Shown piece after piece: positions 1-9,301 of a DNA stretch of 64,000 bases. The notes beneath the pieces are model-generated. The model did not search any database. It was not told the DNA's origin and worked only from the letters and a program-made list of their open reading frames with translations. The DNA comes from Candidatus Eiseniibacteriota bacterium. GTDB taxonomy: Bacteria > Eisenbacteria > RBG-16-71-46 > CAZAMP01. A program made the translations under genes and the position numbers. The stretch is from the NCBI GenBank assembly GCA_965224245.1, contig OZ245046.1, positions 2,688,001-2,752,000 on the forward strand, in the 5' to 3' direction. Each line of letters opens with the position of its first letter. Position 1 is the stretch's first letter.

Positions 1-639
1 CTCGAGGTCCTCGAGAAGCGCTTCGACCTGATCGGCGACGCCGCCAGGAAGCGCGCCGTGGAGTCGCTGGAGATGGTCGGCATCTCCGACCCCGCGTCCC
101 GGATCACGGCCTACCCGCACGAGCTGTCGGGCGGCATGAAGCAGCGCATCATGATCGCGATGGCGCTCATGTGTGAGCCCGATCTCCTCATCGCCGACGA
201 GCCGACCACGGCCCTCGACGTGACCGTCCAGGCCCAGATCCTCCGGCTGATGAAGGACCTCCAGGCCAAGATGGGCACCGCGATCATCCTCATCACCCAC
301 GACATGGGCGTCGTGGCCGAGACGTGCGACGACGTCGTGGTCATGTACGCGGGCAAGGTGGTCGAGCGGGCATCGATCTACGATCTCTTCGAGAGGACGC
401 GGCACCCGTACTCGCGCGGGCTCCTCGACAGCATCCCGCGTCCCGAGGTCACCAAGGAGTCGACGCTGGAGACCATCGAGGGCGTCGTGCCCTCGCTGAT
501 CTCGCCGCCGGTGGGCTGCCGGTTCGCCGATCGGTGCTTCAAGGCGGAGCGGCGCTGCGTCGAGGAGGAGCCCCCCCTGCGCCAGGCGGCGCCCCATCAC
601 GACGTGGCCTGCCACTTCCCGCTGGGAGGCTCGTCATGA
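1..639 (+). CDS. oppD: Oligopeptide/dipeptide ABC transporter ATP-binding subunit (OppD/DppD-like), 5' truncated by window edge
   Basis: [12 protein letters not shown] signature, [12 protein letters not shown] Walker B, C-terminal GCRFADRC...VACH oligopeptide-transporter domain; frame open from base 1. Confidence 0.9.
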   Translation, partial: LEVLEKRFDLIGDAARKRAVESLEMVGISDPASRITAYPHELSGGMKQRIMIAMALMCEPDLLIADEPTTALDVTVQAQILRLMKDLQAKMGTAIILITHDMGVVAETCDDVVVMYAGKVVERASIYDLFERTRHPYSRGLLDSIPRPEVTKESTLETIEGVVPSLISPPVGCRFADRCFKAERRCVEEEPPLRQAAPHHDVACHFPLGGSS

Positions 640-1619
640 CGCGCCTCCTGAACGTTCAGAGCCTGAAGAAGTACTTCCCGCTACGTGGGGGGCTCTTCTC
701 GAAGCACATCGGGGACGTGAAGGCGGTCAACGACGTCACGTTTCACGTGAACGCCGGCGAGACCGTCGGCCTCGTGGGCGAGAGCGGCTGTGGAAAGTCC
801 ACCCTGGGACGCACGATCATGCGTCTCGAGGAGCCCACCGCCGGCCACGTGCAGTTCGAGGACGTCGACATCATGACCGCGGGCAAGAAGAAGCTCTTCA
901 AGCTCCGGCGCGACATCTCGATGATCTTCCAGGACCCGTACTCGTCGTTGAACCCGCGCATGACGGTGGGTGAGATCGTCCGGGAGCCCCTCGACATCCA
1001 CAAGGTCGGGACGCGGGCCGAGCGCGACGCCAAGGTGGAGGAGCTCCTGATCGCCGTGGGTCTCAAGCCCGAGATGGTGGACCGGTATCCGCACGAGTTC
1101 TCCGGGGGACAGCGCCAGCGCATCGGCATCGCGCGCACGATGGCGCTCGGCCCGAAGCTGGTGATCGCCGACGAGCCCGTGTCCGCGCTCGACGTGTCCG
1201 TGCAGGCTCAGGTGATCAACCTGATGGTGGAGCTCCAGCGGCGCCTCAACCTGACGTACATCTTCATCTCGCACGATCTGTCGGTGGTCGAGTACATCTC
1301 CGATCGCATCGCGATCATGTATCTGGGCCGCATCGTGGAGATGGGCGACAAGGCGACGATCTTCGCCAAGCCGGCGCACCCGTACACCCGGGCGCTCATC
1401 TCGGCGGTGCCGAGGCCGGATCCGCGCGCGCGGACCGAGCCGCAGCTCATCAAGGGAGAGATCCCGAGCGCGGTGAACCCGCCGGCGGGTTGCGCATTTC
1501 ACCCCCGATGCCCGTTCGCGATCGAGGAGTGCAAGAAGGCGGTGCCGCCGCTGGAGCGCGTGGGCGGCTCGTCGGACTCGGCCCACGTGGCGGCCTGCAT
1601 CCGCAAGGATGCGATCTAG
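636..1619 (+). CDS. oppF: Oligopeptide/dipeptide ABC transporter ATP-binding subunit (OppF/DppF-like)
   Basis: GESGCGKST Walker [33 protein letters not shown] overlap with upstream stop. Confidence 0.92.
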   Translation: MTRLLNVQSLKKYFPLRGGLFSKHIGDVKAVNDVTFHVNAGETVGLVGESGCGKSTLGRTIMRLEEPTAGHVQFEDVDIMTAGKKKLFKLRRDISMIFQDPYSSLNPRMTVGEIVREPLDIHKVGTRAERDAKVEELLIAVGLKPEMVDRYPHEFSGGQRQRIGIARTMALGPKLVIADEPVSALDVSVQAQVINLMVELQRRLNLTYIFISHDLSVVEYISDRIAIMYLGRIVEMGDKATIFAKPAHPYTRALISAVPRPDPRARTEPQLIKGEIPSAVNPPAGCAFHPRCPFAIEECKKAVPPLERVGGSSDSAHVAACIRKDAI

Positions 1620-1694
1620 CCGCTGCACGGGATTCTGCCGGCGGACGCATCCGAGCGCACCCCGAGGGCCGGCCGGGCCGCGCGCCGAGCTCCC

Positions 1695-2846
1695 CTACTG
1701 GACCCGGAGCCTGGCCAGTACCGCGTTGGCGATGGCGGCCGCGCCGCCGGACTCGTCGCCGGTCCGGGAGACGCGGTTCGAGAGCACGATGACGCTGACC
1801 TCCTCGAACAGATCCCGAACGTGCTGGGCGCCGGGGGTCGGCGCGTGTGAGGCCAGGGACCCGGTTCGCCACCAGCCCGAGGCGACGGCGACGTAGTCGT
1901 CGTCGTCGCGGACGACGTGGAGTCCCTCGAAGAGCCCGTCGACCACTCGCGCGGGCAGCACGTTGCGCTCGACCAGCTCGCGCTCCCAGCGCACGAGGTC
2001 CGCCAGCGTCGACACGAGCCCCCCATGCGACGGCAGGCCCATCCCCCGGGCTCGCGGCGCGTTCACGAACGCGGTGCCGTTCCAGTGGTAGGTCTGCACG
2101 CGCCCCGGAACGATCCGCTCGGGGTCGCCGACCGTCGTCTCGTGCAGGCGAAGGGGCTCGAGGATCCGCTGGCCGAGCACGTCCGCGAAGGCGCGTCCCG
2201 TCACGCGCTCGATCACGACACCCAGAAGGAGGTAGCCGATCTCGCTGTACACCACCCGCTCGCCGGGCACACCGACCCGAGGCGTTCGGCGGGCCTCCTC
2301 GAGCAGCCGCTCGACCGGCACCGTGCCCGAGCCGGAGACGCCGCTCGTCGTCTCGAGTCGGGCGGCCAGGCCCGAGGTGTGCGACAGGAGGTCGGCGATC
2401 GTGATCCCTCGCCACGCGTCCGGCGGGTCGTCCACGTAGGTCACCAGCTCGTCCGAGAGCCGGAGCGCGCCGTCCTCGACCAGAAGCTGGACGAGAGCGG
2501 CGGTGAAGGTGGTCGTCAGCGAACCGAGATCGAACACGCTGCGCTCGGTCACCGGCGCGTCCAGCTCGAGGCTCGCCAGACCGTACGTGCCGACGTAGCG
2601 CGGGATTCCGCGATGGCAGACGGCGACGGTCGCGCCCGGGACGTGCTCGCGCTGCATGCGCTCGCGCACGACGGCGTCGACCGTCTCGCCGTCGACGTCG
2701 TGGAGCCCCCACAGCACGACGTCCTCGGCGCACGCGCGCGCCGGCACGGATTCGAGGAGAGCTCCGACGGTGATGCCGACCAGGACGACCCGGACCGCCC
2801 GGGGAGCGGCCACGACGGGTCGACGTCGCGCGTCTCGCACGGTCAC
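1695..2846 (-). CDS. Beta-lactamase/serine hydrolase fold protein, catalytic motifs degenerate
   Basis: VPGATVAV, FDLGSLTTTFTA, ITIADLLSHTSG, YSEIGYLLLG..IE, GGLVSTLADL; hydrophobic N-terminus; GTG start 7 nt after the upstream stop (start inferred). Confidence 0.8.
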   Translation of the reverse strand: MTVRDARRRPVVAAPRAVRVVLVGITVGALLESVPARACAEDVVLWGLHDVDGETVDAVVRERMQREHVPGATVAVCHRGIPRYVGTYGLASLELDAPVTERSVFDLGSLTTTFTAALVQLLVEDGALRLSDELVTYVDDPPDAWRGITIADLLSHTSGLAARLETTSGVSGSGTVPVERLLEEARRTPRVGVPGERVVYSEIGYLLLGVVIERVTGRAFADVLGQRILEPLRLHETTVGDPERIVPGRVQTYHWNGTAFVNAPRARGMGLPSHGGLVSTLADLVRWERELVERNVLPARVVDGLFEGLHVVRDDDDYVAVASGWWRTGSLASHAPTPGAQHVRDLFEEVSVIVLSNRVSRTGDESGGAAAIANAVLARLRVQ

Positions 2847-2853
2847 CGCGACG

Positions 2854-4071
2854 TCACCCGGCGTAGATCTGCACGTCGATCCCGAACCGGTCGGCCAGCT
2901 CGTGACAGATCGCGAGATCCGGGTGCCGGAGAACGAGCGACCCGTCCGACAGGAGCGTCTGCTTCCAGTTGCGCCGCGGGGCCCCGATCGGCAGCAGATC
3001 CACCGACACCACGTGCTCGCCGAATCGCTGGAGGTACCCCTCGAGCCCCTCGATGCGCTGGATGCGTCCTTGACCCTGCGCACGCTTGAAGATCACCGCC
3101 GAGTTGTACTTGCGCTCGAGCGACTGCGAGATGCGACCGTGACAGACCGCCTCGGCCCAGCCCACGAAGAGGTCGGCGTCGGACGTGTAGTTCATCACGT
3201 CCACGCTGCGGGCACCCGGCGGCCGGCCGCCGATCTCGCCGAACACGGCCTCGCCGTCCGCGGTCAGGAACCACTCCATGTGCGTGAACCCGGCCTCGAA
3301 CTCGAGCGCCTGCAGGACGCGTCGCCCCATCTCGATCCCCGGCCGGATGGTCGGATCGTCCAGATCCCGGCGGCAGATCGTCTGCGGGCTGATCCACTCG
3401 CACGTGCGGCCGATCAGCGGTGGAGGACGGTAGTTCGACACGTTCTCGTACAGCGGCCGGCCGTTCGCACAGACCGTGTCGTAGGTGTACTCGTCGCCGG
3501 TGATGAACTCCTCGACGTTCAGCTCGGGCACGTGCCGGACGAGCGGGATCACGCGCTCGAGGTCCCCCGCGTTCTCGATCTTGTACGTGTCGGCGGAGCC
3601 CGCGCCGGCGATCGGCTTGACGATCAGCGGATAGCCGATCTCCTCGGCGGCGCTCCGGAGCGCGTCGATCGTTCCCACGCGCGCGTGGCGGGGCGTCCGG
3701 ATGCCGGCGGCGTCGAGCACCTCTTTCATCAGGATCTTGTCCCGGAACGGCAACGCCGCGCGCTCGCTCATGCCCGGCACGCCGAGCGCGTCGCGCAGCG
3801 CTCCCGCGAGCGACACACCGGGCTCCCACAGACACTCGATCCGATCGATGCGCACGCGCCGGGCCAGCCCCCGCACGGTCGCCACCATCTCCGGCTCGTC
3901 CCACAGGGACGGCACGTGCACGTAGTCGGCGAGCACCTCGCCCATCTCCGGGGGCAGCATGGCTCCCGGCGTGTCGCCGATACCGATCACGTTGGCACCG
4001 ACCGCGGCCAGCCCGCGGGTGAAGAAGCGCATCTCGTTCGGATAGGCCGGCGACAGCATCAAGACGTTCAT
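2854..4071 (-). CDS. ATP-grasp domain ligase (paralog 1)
   Basis: RDKILMK, KPIAGAGS, EEFITGDE, THMEWF, GEIGGRPPG motifs; GGAGG RBS. Confidence 0.88.
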   Translation of the reverse strand: MNVLMLSPAYPNEMRFFTRGLAAVGANVIGIGDTPGAMLPPEMGEVLADYVHVPSLWDEPEMVATVRGLARRVRIDRIECLWEPGVSLAGALRDALGVPGMSERAALPFRDKILMKEVLDAAGIRTPRHARVGTIDALRSAAEEIGYPLIVKPIAGAGSADTYKIENAGDLERVIPLVRHVPELNVEEFITGDEYTYDTVCANGRPLYENVSNYRPPPLIGRTCEWISPQTICRRDLDDPTIRPGIEMGRRVLQALEFEAGFTHMEWFLTADGEAVFGEIGGRPPGARSVDVMNYTSDADLFVGWAEAVCHGRISQSLERKYNSAVIFKRAQGQGRIQRIEGLEGYLQRFGEHVVSVDLLPIGAPRRNWKQTLLSDGSLVLRHPDLAICHELADRFGIDVQIYAG

Positions 4072-4120
4072 CGATCCTCCGACCGGCGGCTCGCGTCCGG
4101 GGTCCGCGCATGGTCCCGCA

Positions 4121-5341
4121 TCAGCCGACCTCGACCTGGATGACCTCGAGCACGCGTCTGGCCGCCGCCTCCACGACGGCGGTCTCCGCGTGCCGGAGGA
4201 TCACGTAGCCGTCGCCTTCGTAGTGATCCGAGCGGGCCTGCCCCGGACGCGGCAGCTTCGCCTCGACGACGACGTCTCCCACGTCGCGACCGGCCACGTC
4301 CAGCCCGTGGATGCCGGTCACCCGGCCCCGTCCCTGGCCCCGGAGGAAGACGCACGCGACCGCGAACTCGCGCGCCGGCGGCTCGAAGCGATCGTGCACC
4401 ATGAGCCGCGCCCACGCGCGGTACATGTCGAGGTCGTGCGCATAGGACATCAGCGTCGTGAACTGCGCGCCCGGCGGACGCGCCGCCACCTCGGAGATGG
4501 CCACGCTCCCGTCGCGCCGGCGGAACCACTCCATGTGGGTGAGCCCCGTACCCATGCCGAGCGCCTCCAGCGCCTGCGTTCCCGCGGCGCGGATGCCGTC
4601 GAACTCGGGGCCGGACACGTCACGCGGCAGAACCACGCACCACTGGATCCACGGGTTCTCGAGCACGGCCAGAGGGCTCGGGTAGTACCGACTGATCGAG
4701 TGCCAGACCGCCCGCCCCTGGATCGACACGGAATCGAACGAGTGCTCGTCGCCGACGACGAACTCCTCGAACAGCGTGGGGACGCGCGGCGTCGGCGCGA
4801 AGCGGGCGAGGTAGTCCGCGAACGCGCGCTCGTCCTCCAGCCGATGCGTGCCACGAGCGCCCGATCCCTCGGGCGGCTTCACGACGACCGGATAGCCCAC
4901 CTCTTCCACGAAGTCGACGGCCTCTCGCGCGGTGGCGGCCAGCCGGGACCGCGCGCACGGAAGACCCGACTCGCGGAGCACGCCCTTCATGCGTGATTTG
5001 TCCCGGAAGTTCCGGGCCGCCTCGACGTCCATGCCCGGGATGTCGAAGCGCTCGCGGACCTCGGCCAGCGGAACCTGGAGCTCTTCCAGCGCGCCGAACA
5101 GGCGATGGACGCGACCGAGGTGCTCGCAGATCTCCGAGATCGTCTGGACGAGCGACCGCGGATCGAGCCCGTCATCCACGCGCACGTGGGCCGCGATCGG
5201 GCCGCGCACGTCGGGGGGAAGCTTCTCGATCGGATCCTGACTGACCAGGACGAGCCGGACATCCGGCTCCGTGGCGACCGCCTTCACGAACCGGAGCGTC
5301 GTGGTCATGAAGAAGGGCGCGACGAACACGACGTTGAGCAT
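4121..5341 (-). CDS. ATP-grasp domain ligase (paralog 2)
   Basis: RDKSRMK, KPPEGSGA, EEFVVGDE, THMEWF, SEVAARPPG; GAGGG RBS before ATG at 5341. Confidence 0.88.
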   Translation of the reverse strand: MLNVVFVAPFFMTTTLRFVKAVATEPDVRLVLVSQDPIEKLPPDVRGPIAAHVRVDDGLDPRSLVQTISEICEHLGRVHRLFGALEELQVPLAEVRERFDIPGMDVEAARNFRDKSRMKGVLRESGLPCARSRLAATAREAVDFVEEVGYPVVVKPPEGSGARGTHRLEDERAFADYLARFAPTPRVPTLFEEFVVGDEHSFDSVSIQGRAVWHSISRYYPSPLAVLENPWIQWCVVLPRDVSGPEFDGIRAAGTQALEALGMGTGLTHMEWFRRRDGSVAISEVAARPPGAQFTTLMSYAHDLDMYRAWARLMVHDRFEPPAREFAVACVFLRGQGRGRVTGIHGLDVAGRDVGDVVVEAKLPRPGQARSDHYEGDGYVILRHAETAVVEAAARRVLEVIQVEVG

Positions 5342-5597
5342 GAACACCCTCGGGACGCGGATTCCACGGTGCCGGCGTGCGCGGGGGGCAGCCCGGCGGG
5401 GCGGCGGAAAGCGAGGAGTGTAGCCGCCGTGCCCGGGCGTCGTCTCGGGTATTCTGGGCGGGCCGGCGTGGAGGGCGGGCGCTTGGAGCCCGGGGATCGC
5501 GGTGGTACGCTCCTCGGCCTCGCGGAGTCCGCCGGCGCCGGAAGCTCCGGCCTACCTGGGCGACGCGCGCCATCCAACGACCACCGGGGATCGTCTC

Positions 5598-7067
5598 ATG
5601 ACGCGGCTGAACGTCGCCTTCGCTTCCGCCGAGGTCACGCCGTTCGCCAAGACCGGCGGCCTCGGAGACGTGACCGCGGCCCTCGCGCGTCACCTCACCC
5701 GGGCGGGTCACGACGTCCGCGTGTTCCTTCCCCTGTACCAGACGACCGACACGGGCTCGGTCGAGCTCGTTCCGGTCGACTTCGCCCAGAACGTCACGAT
5801 CCACTTGGGGCCACGGGCGGTCGAGTACTCGCTGTTCACGGCGCCGCTCGGCGACGACGGTCCGGACGCGTACTTCGTTCACTGCCCCGAGCTGTACGCG
5901 CGCGACGGCCTGTACACCAGCGGACCCGACGAGCACCTGCGGTTTCTCCTCCTCAATCGGGCGAGCATCGCCTCGTGCCAGCGCATGGGGTGGTCTCCGC
6001 ACGTGTTCCACTGTCACGACTGGCACGCGGCGCTGATCCCGCTGTATCTCCGGACCATCTACGCCTGGGACCAGCTGTTTCACCGGACGCGCACGCTCCT
6101 GACCATCCACAACCTCGGGTACCAGGGTGTGTTCGGGGCCGAGATCGCCGACCACATCGACCTCCGCGAGTTCACATACCGGCTCCATCAGGACGACCTC
6201 CGGGCGGGGCGCGTCAACTTCCTGAAGACGGGGATCATCTCGGTCGACGCGCTGACCACCGTCAGCCGCACGTACGCCCAGGAGATCCAGACCGAGGCGC
6301 AGGGGTTCGGCCTGCACGAGGAGCTGCGCCACAGGCGGTCCGACCTGATCGGGATCGTCAACGGGATCGACGACGACGTCTGGGATCCGTCGCGAGACCC
6401 GAGGATCCCGTTCCACTACGGCCCCGACGACCTGGGCGGCAAGGCCAGGAACAAGGCCCACCTCCTGTCCGAGCTCGGCCTCGAGCCCACCGAGGAAGCG
6501 CCGCTGTACGGCATCGTCTCGCGGCTTGTGCACCAGAAGGGCATCGATCTTCTCCAGGAGACCCTGCCGTCGTTCGTGGGGCGAAACGACGTGCGTATCG
6601 CCGTGCTCGGAAGCGGCGAGCCCGGATACGAGTCGTTCTTCATGGAGCTGCAGGCCGCGTTTCCCGGACGCGTGTGCTTCTACCGCGGCTTCAGCGCCAA
6701 GCTGGCCGCGATGATCGAGGCCGGGGCCGACATGTTCGTGATGCCGTCGCTGTACGAGCCGTGCGGGCTGAACCAGATGTACAGCCTCCGATACGGCACC
6801 ATCCCCATCGTCAGACGTACGGGCGGCCTCGCCGATACGGTCACCCTGTACCGCTCGCGCACCGGCGAGGGCACCGGCATCGTCTTCGATCACTACACGG
6901 CCGACGGGCTGTCCTGGGCGATGACCACCGGGCTCGACCTCCATCGTACGCCGCACTGGGAGCGGATCGTCCGGAACGCGATGGCAGAGGACTTCTCGTG
7001 GACCCGGCAGGGTCGGATCTACGAAGAGGTCTACGCACATCTCACGGGAATCGCACGCGACGGGTAG
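5598..7067 (+). CDS. glgA: Glycogen/starch synthase (GT5)
   Basis: EVTPFAKTGGLGDV ADP-glucose motif, HCHDWHAAL, TIHNLGYQG, PSLYEPCGLNQMYSLRYGT, TGGLADTV. Confidence 0.95.
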   Translation: MTRLNVAFASAEVTPFAKTGGLGDVTAALARHLTRAGHDVRVFLPLYQTTDTGSVELVPVDFAQNVTIHLGPRAVEYSLFTAPLGDDGPDAYFVHCPELYARDGLYTSGPDEHLRFLLLNRASIASCQRMGWSPHVFHCHDWHAALIPLYLRTIYAWDQLFHRTRTLLTIHNLGYQGVFGAEIADHIDLREFTYRLHQDDLRAGRVNFLKTGIISVDALTTVSRTYAQEIQTEAQGFGLHEELRHRRSDLIGIVNGIDDDVWDPSRDPRIPFHYGPDDLGGKARNKAHLLSELGLEPTEEAPLYGIVSRLVHQKGIDLLQETLPSFVGRNDVRIAVLGSGEPGYESFFMELQAAFPGRVCFYRGFSAKLAAMIEAGADMFVMPSLYEPCGLNQMYSLRYGTIPIVRRTGGLADTVTLYRSRTGEGTGIVFDHYTADGLSWAMTTGLDLHRTPHWERIVRNAMAEDFSWTRQGRIYEEVYAHLTGIARDG

Positions 7068-7108
7068 AGGAGCCCACGTCACGGAGCCCAGGTAAAGGAG
7101 CCACGGTC

Positions 7109-8329
7109 ATGCACGTCGTGTTCATCGAGCCCGCGTTTCCGAACAACCAGCAAGAGTTCGTGCGCGCGCTCCGCGAGGTCGGCGCCCGGGTGACGGGGAT
7201 CGGCGAGCTGCCGCAGGACGCGCTTCCGGACCGCCTCCGACACTGGCTGTACAAGTACTATCAGGTCGGATCGGTGGTCAACACCGGCGCCGTGCTCGAG
7301 ATCGTCCAGCACATCCAGGCTCGCGAGGGAGTGGATCGACTCGAGTCCACCGTGGAGGCGCATCAGATGGCGGCGGCGCACGTGCGCGACGCGTGCGGCA
7401 TTCCGGGCACGACCGTCGAGACGACGTTCCTGTGTCGCGACAAGCCGGCGATGAAGGAGGCGCTTCGCAAGGCGGGCGTCCCCTGTGCGGCGTCACTCGG
7501 ATCCTCGGACGCCGAGGAGATCCGCGACTTCGCCAGGCGGATCGGATACCCCCTGATCCTGAAGCCGCGCGACGCTGCGGGAGCCGCGGGCACGCACAAG
7601 GTCGGGTCCGACACCGAGCTGAACGCCGTTCTGGCCGACTCCGGCCTGGAGCACGGCCACTCGATCGCCGTGGAGGAGTTCATCGAGGGACACGAGGCGT
7701 TCTACGACACGATCACCGTGGACGGCCGCGTGATGCACGAGTTCGTGTCGCACTACTATCCCGGCGTGCTGGAGGCGATGCGCACGCGGTGGATCTCGCC
7801 GCAGTTCGTCACCACCAACCGCGTCGACGCCCCCGGCTACGACGAGGTCAAGGCCATGGGCGCGCGCGTGATCGAGGCGCTCGGCATCACCACGTCGGCC
7901 ACGCACATGGAGTGGTTCTACGGCCCCAAAGGGCTCAAGTTCTCCGAGATCGGCTGTCGTCCGCCGGGCGTCGGCGCCTGGGATCTCTACTGCGCGAGCA
8001 ACGATGCCGACATCTATCGGGAGTGGGCCATGGCCATCGTGCACGGCCGGCCGAGCCAGACGCTGAGCCGCGGGTACGCGGCCGGCATCGTGAACCTCCG
8101 GCCCGACCAGGACGGTCACATCGTCGGCTACGAGGGTCTGGAGGCGGTGCGTCGCGACGCGGGCAAGTGGTTCATCGACGAGCACGTTCCCCCGGTCGGC
8201 TCCCGGACGCAGCCGGTGTCGGCGGGCTACATGGCCAACGCGTGGATCCGCGTCAAGCACCCGGACTATGATCAGCTCCGTGCGATCCTCGATCACATCG
8301 GGCAGACGGTGCAGGTCCGGGCGAGATAG
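7109..8329 (+). CDS. ATP-grasp domain ligase (paralog 3)
   Basis: AAGGAG RBS then MHVVFIEP; RDKPAMK, KPRDAAGAAG, EEFIEGHE, THMEWF, SEIGCRPPG. Confidence 0.88.
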   Translation: MHVVFIEPAFPNNQQEFVRALREVGARVTGIGELPQDALPDRLRHWLYKYYQVGSVVNTGAVLEIVQHIQAREGVDRLESTVEAHQMAAAHVRDACGIPGTTVETTFLCRDKPAMKEALRKAGVPCAASLGSSDAEEIRDFARRIGYPLILKPRDAAGAAGTHKVGSDTELNAVLADSGLEHGHSIAVEEFIEGHEAFYDTITVDGRVMHEFVSHYYPGVLEAMRTRWISPQFVTTNRVDAPGYDEVKAMGARVIEALGITTSATHMEWFYGPKGLKFSEIGCRPPGVGAWDLYCASNDADIYREWAMAIVHGRPSQTLSRGYAAGIVNLRPDQDGHIVGYEGLEAVRRDAGKWFIDEHVPPVGSRTQPVSAGYMANAWIRVKHPDYDQLRAILDHIGQTVQVRAR

Positions 8330-8356
8330 GGTCCCCAGCGTAGCGAGTCGATTCGG

Positions 8357-9301
8357 ATGCAACACATCGTGCTACTGGGTCCCCAGCGCCTCTCGACCAC
8401 CGTCGGTCTGGCCATCACCGACCTCGAGCTCGAGGGGCCGCTGGCCACCGTGACCGCCGGATGGCGGGAGCGAGAGGACGAGGTCGCCGAGCTGGACGAC
8501 GCCCTCGGCGTCCCCACCGTGAACCTGCGTCTCTACCATCGGCTCGAGGACATGGTCCGGCGCGACCCCGAGCTGCTCGAGATCCTGCGCAAGTGGCACG
8601 ACCGCGCGAGAGAGATCCAGAGGATCTACCGGATCCAGCTGGCGGGGGCGCTGGAGAGCGCCCGAACGCTGCTCGGCCGACCGGAGTCCGGTCCACACGC
8701 GGAGGCGGTGCGCGAGTCGGCGATCGACATCATCCGGCGCGTGGACGCCGAGCACGAGGACCGGAAGTCGCTCGATCACGAGGCCGTGCTCAGGGAGTTC
8801 GACATCCTGCAGCGCGACATCGTGGCCGCGGAGCGCGCCGCGGTGGGCGAGGTGCTGGACGGCTGCACGGGGCTGGTCATCCCCGGCGGTCATGTGGGCG
8901 TGCTCCGCAACCGGCTGTGGCTCTTCGACGTCCTCGGTCGGATCTCCGATCGCCCCATCCTGGCCTGGTCGGCCGGCGCGATGGTGCTCTCGGAGCGAGT
9001 GGTGCTGTTCCACGACAGCCCGCCTCAGGGGGCCGGCAATGCCGAGGTGTTCGAGCGCGGGTTCAACCTGTGTCCGAAGATCGTGCCGCTCCCCCATGCC
9101 CGGCGCCGCCTCCGGCTCGGTGACGAGATGCGGGTCTCGCTCTTCGCCCGACGCTTTCGCCCGTCGATGTGCGTCGTCATGGACGACGGCGGCCGCATCG
9201 ACTGGATCGACGACCGATACGTCCCCCACGACGACGTGCACCGGCTCACGGTCGACGGGCACGTGGATCCCCTGACCGAGCCGTTCGGGGGGCTGTCGTG
9301 A
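8357..9301 (+). CDS. Peptidase E/S51-like (class I glutamine amidotransferase-like fold) serine hydrolase with helical insertion
   Basis: IPGGH oxyanion-like motif, AWSAGAM nucleophile elbow, LPH histidine motif. Confidence 0.75.
   Translation: MQHIVLLGPQRLSTTVGLAITDLELEGPLATVTAGWREREDEVAELDDALGVPTVNLRLYHRLEDMVRRDPELLEILRKWHDRAREIQRIYRIQLAGALESARTLLGRPESGPHAEAVRESAIDIIRRVDAEHEDRKSLDHEAVLREFDILQRDIVAAERAAVGEVLDGCTGLVIPGGHVGVLRNRLWLFDVLGRISDRPILAWSAGAMVLSERVVLFHDSPPQGAGNAEVFERGFNLCPKIVPLPHARRRLRLGDEMRVSLFARRFRPSMCVVMDDGGRIDWIDDRYVPHDDVHRLTVDGHVDPLTEPFGGLS

Noticed and set aside
5105-7108. Apparent 1074-aa ORF suggesting a long N-terminal fusion to ATP-grasp paralog 3
   Set aside because: The upstream part is an off-frame overlap with glgA; the real start is the ATG at 7109 after AAGGAG
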